Shown: piece after piece, positions 59,925 through 64,000 of the stretch
Layout: each line of letters opens with the position of its first letter
Position numbering within the stretch: the first letter of the stretch is position 1
DNA from: Basidiobolus meristosporus CBS 931.73
Lineage: Eukaryota > Fungi > Basidiobolomycota
Assembly: GCA_002104905.1 (NCBI GenBank)
Contig: MCFE01000025.1
Coordinates: forward strand, 167,037 to 231,036
Length of the DNA: 64,000 nucleotides
Direction: 5' to 3'
The notes under the pieces: model-generated
The model's input: only the letters and a program-made list of their open reading frames with translations
What the model was told of the DNA's origin: nothing
Database searches by the model: none
Translations under genes and position numbers: made by a program

Positions 59925-62347
59925 GGCCAGGGCATGATTGGTTTAATAACAGGCACTACATTGATGCCAGACTCGCGTGTCGATAGTGTCGGAGTCCCAC
60001 CGCGATTGGTGGGATTTGGCTGGCCGAACATTTCGATTATCAAGCTTTTAAGATCAAGTTAGTTTGGTTTTAATGGGTTGCTGCATTTAGCAGGATTCGC
60101 TTAATAATTTAATAATCCACCGATGATTTGGCTGTCTGGCTGGAATTTCCTAATAACAACAAATCATCGGCGAATGCTGGCAAGGAAAAAAATTGAGTCA
60201 TGCGTCTGGGCGTCCCAATTTGGAGTGACAATACCAAAGCGTCTGACATGGAAGTTAATAACCTCGGAGATCGACTTAATAAATGGCCGCGCCCAGGAAA
60301 CCAATCACCGCCCGAAGGACTCAATGACCCAACTATTCTTTTCCATCCAACCGACCAATCGCGCCCTCCTTGTGAACCGTAACAAATAACCCTAAATCCA
60401 GTGCGGATCCGTATCTTGTGTTGCTGCGTGTTTCGCCAGATCAGGCTTGTGAAACAGCCGGATTTATTAAGTAATTTCATTTGGTTAGACACGATGTTGA
60501 CTTAATAATGGCTGATGGAGCCACAGGTGTGTAATGAGGGAGGTTTTTACGATTTGCATGGTGTTTGGCAGGGCTTCGGACGGAGGGGACGAGGCGTTGG
60601 AATAACCTAGGTGGTGCGGATTCCATAACTGTCAAGATATACCTAGACATCATCGATTGCCCCCAATTGGTGGAGTTCTATTTGAAACCCTGTGCATGCA
60701 TCAAACCATTGCTGTGGATGTGGCGACTTGTATTATCAGGACGGTGGGTGAGAGAATGCAAAAGGGGCTCTGCGCACATAATGGATTACTGGAATTGTTG
60801 TTGCTATGGCTATGACTCGGTTCACTGTTACTATCAGCTATTATCAGCTGAAATCTAATGCACCTAGTAGATTAGGCGCTTGGACGTTACAACCGAATGC
60901 TTGTTAGTATGTTGATCATGTTATAGGAAAAGGCATTGGTAGATAAGCAAAAGTAGACATTCTGGCCTCTTTGGGTGAGTGCTAGAATTCTTTTCTATTT
61001 GTTGTGTAAATATTGCAATCGTCATCCCCAATGGCCATTTTCAACATTGTCCTGTTATCCGACTTGCAACATTACATCACCCGCATGCTACATAGGGCAT
61101 CTCTTTGTATTATTGATGCAACTGACTCACAGCGATGAGAACCACCATAAATGACGCTGCAGTGAGGTATTTCTGTGACGAATTGATTGCATTATATGAA
61201 AGAAGCGAAGATATTAAGAGTTGAGTTAGTGGAAGTACGAGCTGTTGGAGGGAAGTTGTTTAACACCTTTGTTCTTGCGGATCATTGGGGCATTCTCTTT
61301 CCCTTGAATTAACAGGGCAGTAGAGTAGAAGCGCGTAGCCATTCATCCTCTATAGTCTTCCATTGGTCATTTACCGATATGTTACGGCTGAACTTTAAAC
61401 CTATTAATGTAAATAGTTCCTGAACCACGTATACAATGTTCACCACGATGAGTCAAATTGATATTCATATAAATTTCACACTTGCAATTTGCTTACTGCG
61501 GCAAAGCATCCCCTTTCAAATACGCTAAACATACTGATCGTGCAAAAAGGTGAACTTTGTTTCTTCGAGCTCTCTGTGTATAGTCAAAACTTTTATTTGT
61601 TGTAAACGATTGATTGGTCTCCAAACTGCCCATATACTATGATTTAACACTTGGAGATCATAGATCAAATTGAAGCAAAAGCAAGGAAAACAATTGTCAA
61701 TGTATTCAGAGAACACTTCAACTAATGCTTTAACTTTCACTTTACCTGCTGGTGCTAGAAAGTAGCAAGAATTGACTGATTGCTAACGATTTAGAGTTCT
61801 CGGAGGTGATCTTTGCCATGAATGATGAGTATAGTATAACTATTCATGTATTTCGATAGAGTACTTGTTCTCTATGAGACTAACCAGATCACTAGTTCTT
61901 TGGAGTTATGTATATACTAGAAGCAACCATGTGGTACTAAAAATTGCACTGAGCTTCCTAGAACCTTACCCAGAATATACATGGCGATGATTTTATGAAG
62001 CCAACCCATATATTAATCTATACATGCAAGTCACACTCTGTCCAGTTGCAGTCCCACACTACTCTTAACAATATTCACTTAATAGTCTGTTTAGGACCTA
62101 GTTAGTATCGTATATGTGGCGCTCTCTTAGCTATGATATCAGTTATATTCTTAGTAGTTACAAAGGATATACACCAATTCCAGGAAATGATGAATACACT
62201 GGAATTTCTCAAAATTTTCAAACCCCTTGAAAACACCATTGCCTTTTAGCACAACTTCTTGGGGCTTTTTTAAAAGCGCTCCTTACATTTATCAAGTACA
62301 CCGAACTCGAATACTTTGCTCAATACAATGAATCAAAAAGCGGGAAT

Positions 62348-62666
62348 TGTTGAAAATTTCGTAATTGCACCTACGTATTCCATTCACTTCGCCACTTAGA
62401 TCATAGCCTACAAGTCTTCAAGTATTTTGCCCAAGTTCCTTGTTGGGATTTACTTGGAATATTTCCCAAAGATATCAGGTACCCAAAGTCCCCCAAACTT
62501 TGCACATATGCTCCTGGGACCTTCCTAAACATATTCTACATGTTTGTTTTGCCAAGACCATGCAAAAGTAAAAACACTACTTTTACATTCATTAAATCAT
62601 CAAGTGAAAACCATATAATCTACTTGTTCACCCAGTCACTTCCAATATCTCCACACTCTTACAACA
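62348..62666 (+). mobile_element. Diverged solo LTR of the same copia family
   Basis: TGTTGAAAA...CTCTTACAACA with the family core motifs; flanks ggaat/gatat are not a clean target-site duplication. Confidence 0.85.
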
Positions 62667-63229
62667 GATATCACCCTTCCAAAACTCCAAATCACTTTCA
62701 GAAACTAATACAAATCCAGTGGTAACCTTGAACAGTGCATTGGAAGAGGGATCATTTGGAAAATCCATGAGAGCTTTCAACTCGATCAAACACAAACACT
62801 GCGTTGCACACATTTGCACCAGCCCATTCAAGATCGCAGTTTGACCGTTAAACATAGTGTGGCAGTGTGGAATGATTGGGGATTAGTGGCTACATCACTG
62901 ATAAAGAGGGTTGGTTCAAATAGTTGGGGCTCCAGCAAGAATTGAATGGGATAGAGTACCAGCGGAGACTGCGAGGGGAGAGAAGTGACGGAGATGGCGA
63001 GCAGACGATTGTTACACTGCAGCATTGATGCTGACCAAAGATTTACTTAACATGAGTCTAGCCTTCCTTACAGAGAATGGCGCTAAGGACATCAGAGAGA
63101 CTATATATATATACCGTTGTGAATATCATAGAGCTGGGTAAACCGACAAACTGACTAATAAGAATAGACATGCTGCGCTCCTATTACAGCAGAGATGAGA
63201 GGGATCAAGCGGATATCTAGCCAGCTCTA

Positions 63230-64000
63230 TCAGTGAAGATAGGCGAAATTGGATGGTTTGCCGGGAGAGACTTGCACCACTTCGACACGTTTACGCTCCA
63301 TAACTCTCCTTAAGGAGTCCATCAGTGGGTTCTCGAACTGTTGTATTCCCACGAATTCCCGTTGGATCCTTTCGGTCTCCTTGCTCAGACGAAGCTGATT
63401 CTTGGGATGGTGAAGGTAATTTGCATCGCCAGCGAGGAAGTGTTGTCTTTGGAGGAGAAGCTTTTGTTGTGTACGAGTCATGGCCGCTGTCTGGTTTGGG
63501 GAGGCGTCGGGGTTGTCTTTGGTACGAGGAAGGGAGGGGCCTGTGGAGGCGGGGTCTTCTTTGGGGCGGTGCTTGGATGGTTAGTCGATGGGCTTGTTGG
63601 CTGGGTGGCTTTCTTAAATATCGAAAAACTGCTGTCTTTTGGTGACTGTTCTGGCGACACGCCAGGGGATCTTTCTCTGCGGAACGCCGGTAGCGTTAGA
63701 AACTGGGATTTAAAGGGTGCTTGCTGTTGAGTACGTCCAGGCTTGGAGGCGACGGTGCAGCAACCACCACCGCTCTTTGGCTTTCGTTGGCCGAATGGAA
63801 TGCCGCCGCTGTGTGAACAGTAATGCCAGACACGGCTCCGTCAGAGCTACACTTAGACGTTTCAACTTATCTGGAGAAAGCTCTCAGATGGGGTGCTCTC
63901 CTCTATTTCTGAGGCCTCCGGTTTTTCCTCCAAACTATTCATGGTGGGGATATGGTTGTTTTCGGGTGAGTTCCCTCGATAATCGGTGGGAAACCTAACT
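63230..64000 (-). CDS. TCO89-domain protein (TORC1 subunit-like), C-terminal part; exon structure unresolved, probably continues beyond the window
   Basis: TRTQQKLLLQRQ...KETERIQREFVGIQQFENPLMDSLRRV matches the Tco89 conserved SRTQQKLWLQR...ERI.REY...RRF.NP motif; preceded by S/P/T-rich sequence. Confidence 0.65.

Noticed and set aside
59300-63200. Hidden gene or structured ncRNA in the long intergenic interval
   Set aside because: Only short motif-less ORFs and one solo LTR; no snRNA, 5S or other RNA signature recognised by eye.

Overview
Eukaryotic nuclear DNA from an intron-rich fungus with short (about 40-75 nt) GT-AG introns. The gene set and intron style suggest an early-diverging lineage (Zoopagomycota/Mucoromycota-like); the species cannot be determined from sequence alone. 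Housekeeping and regulatory genes (KH protein, XRN1, EPL1-like, cytidine deaminase, asparagine synthetase, enoyl-CoA isomerase, Yap-type bZIP, G-alpha, PPR, PAS, TCO89-like, one tRNA) alternate with AT-rich blocks of one Ty1/copia LTR family. The most notable structure is three intronless ACU-type (Na/K-ATPase-like) P-type ATPase genes at 14.7-30.5 kb. Copies 1 and 2 are direct repeats; copies 2 and 3 are head-to-head. Their catalytic cores are homogenised in a patchwork, while copy 3 keeps distinct membrane domains and a TGES-to-TGEC change. This makes ~1.4-kb inverted arms that could swap promoter/N-terminal halves by inversion. Other highlights: a young non-autonomous copia element with a half-tRNA(iMet) primer site nested in an older copia; a bacterial-type beta-lactamase-family gene with introns and a 1-nt frameshift; an IAH1-like SGNH protein with its catalytic Ser replaced by Ala. 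No CRISPR, rRNA or prokaryotic operon structure was seen. All family assignments come from motif recognition by eye, not database searches.
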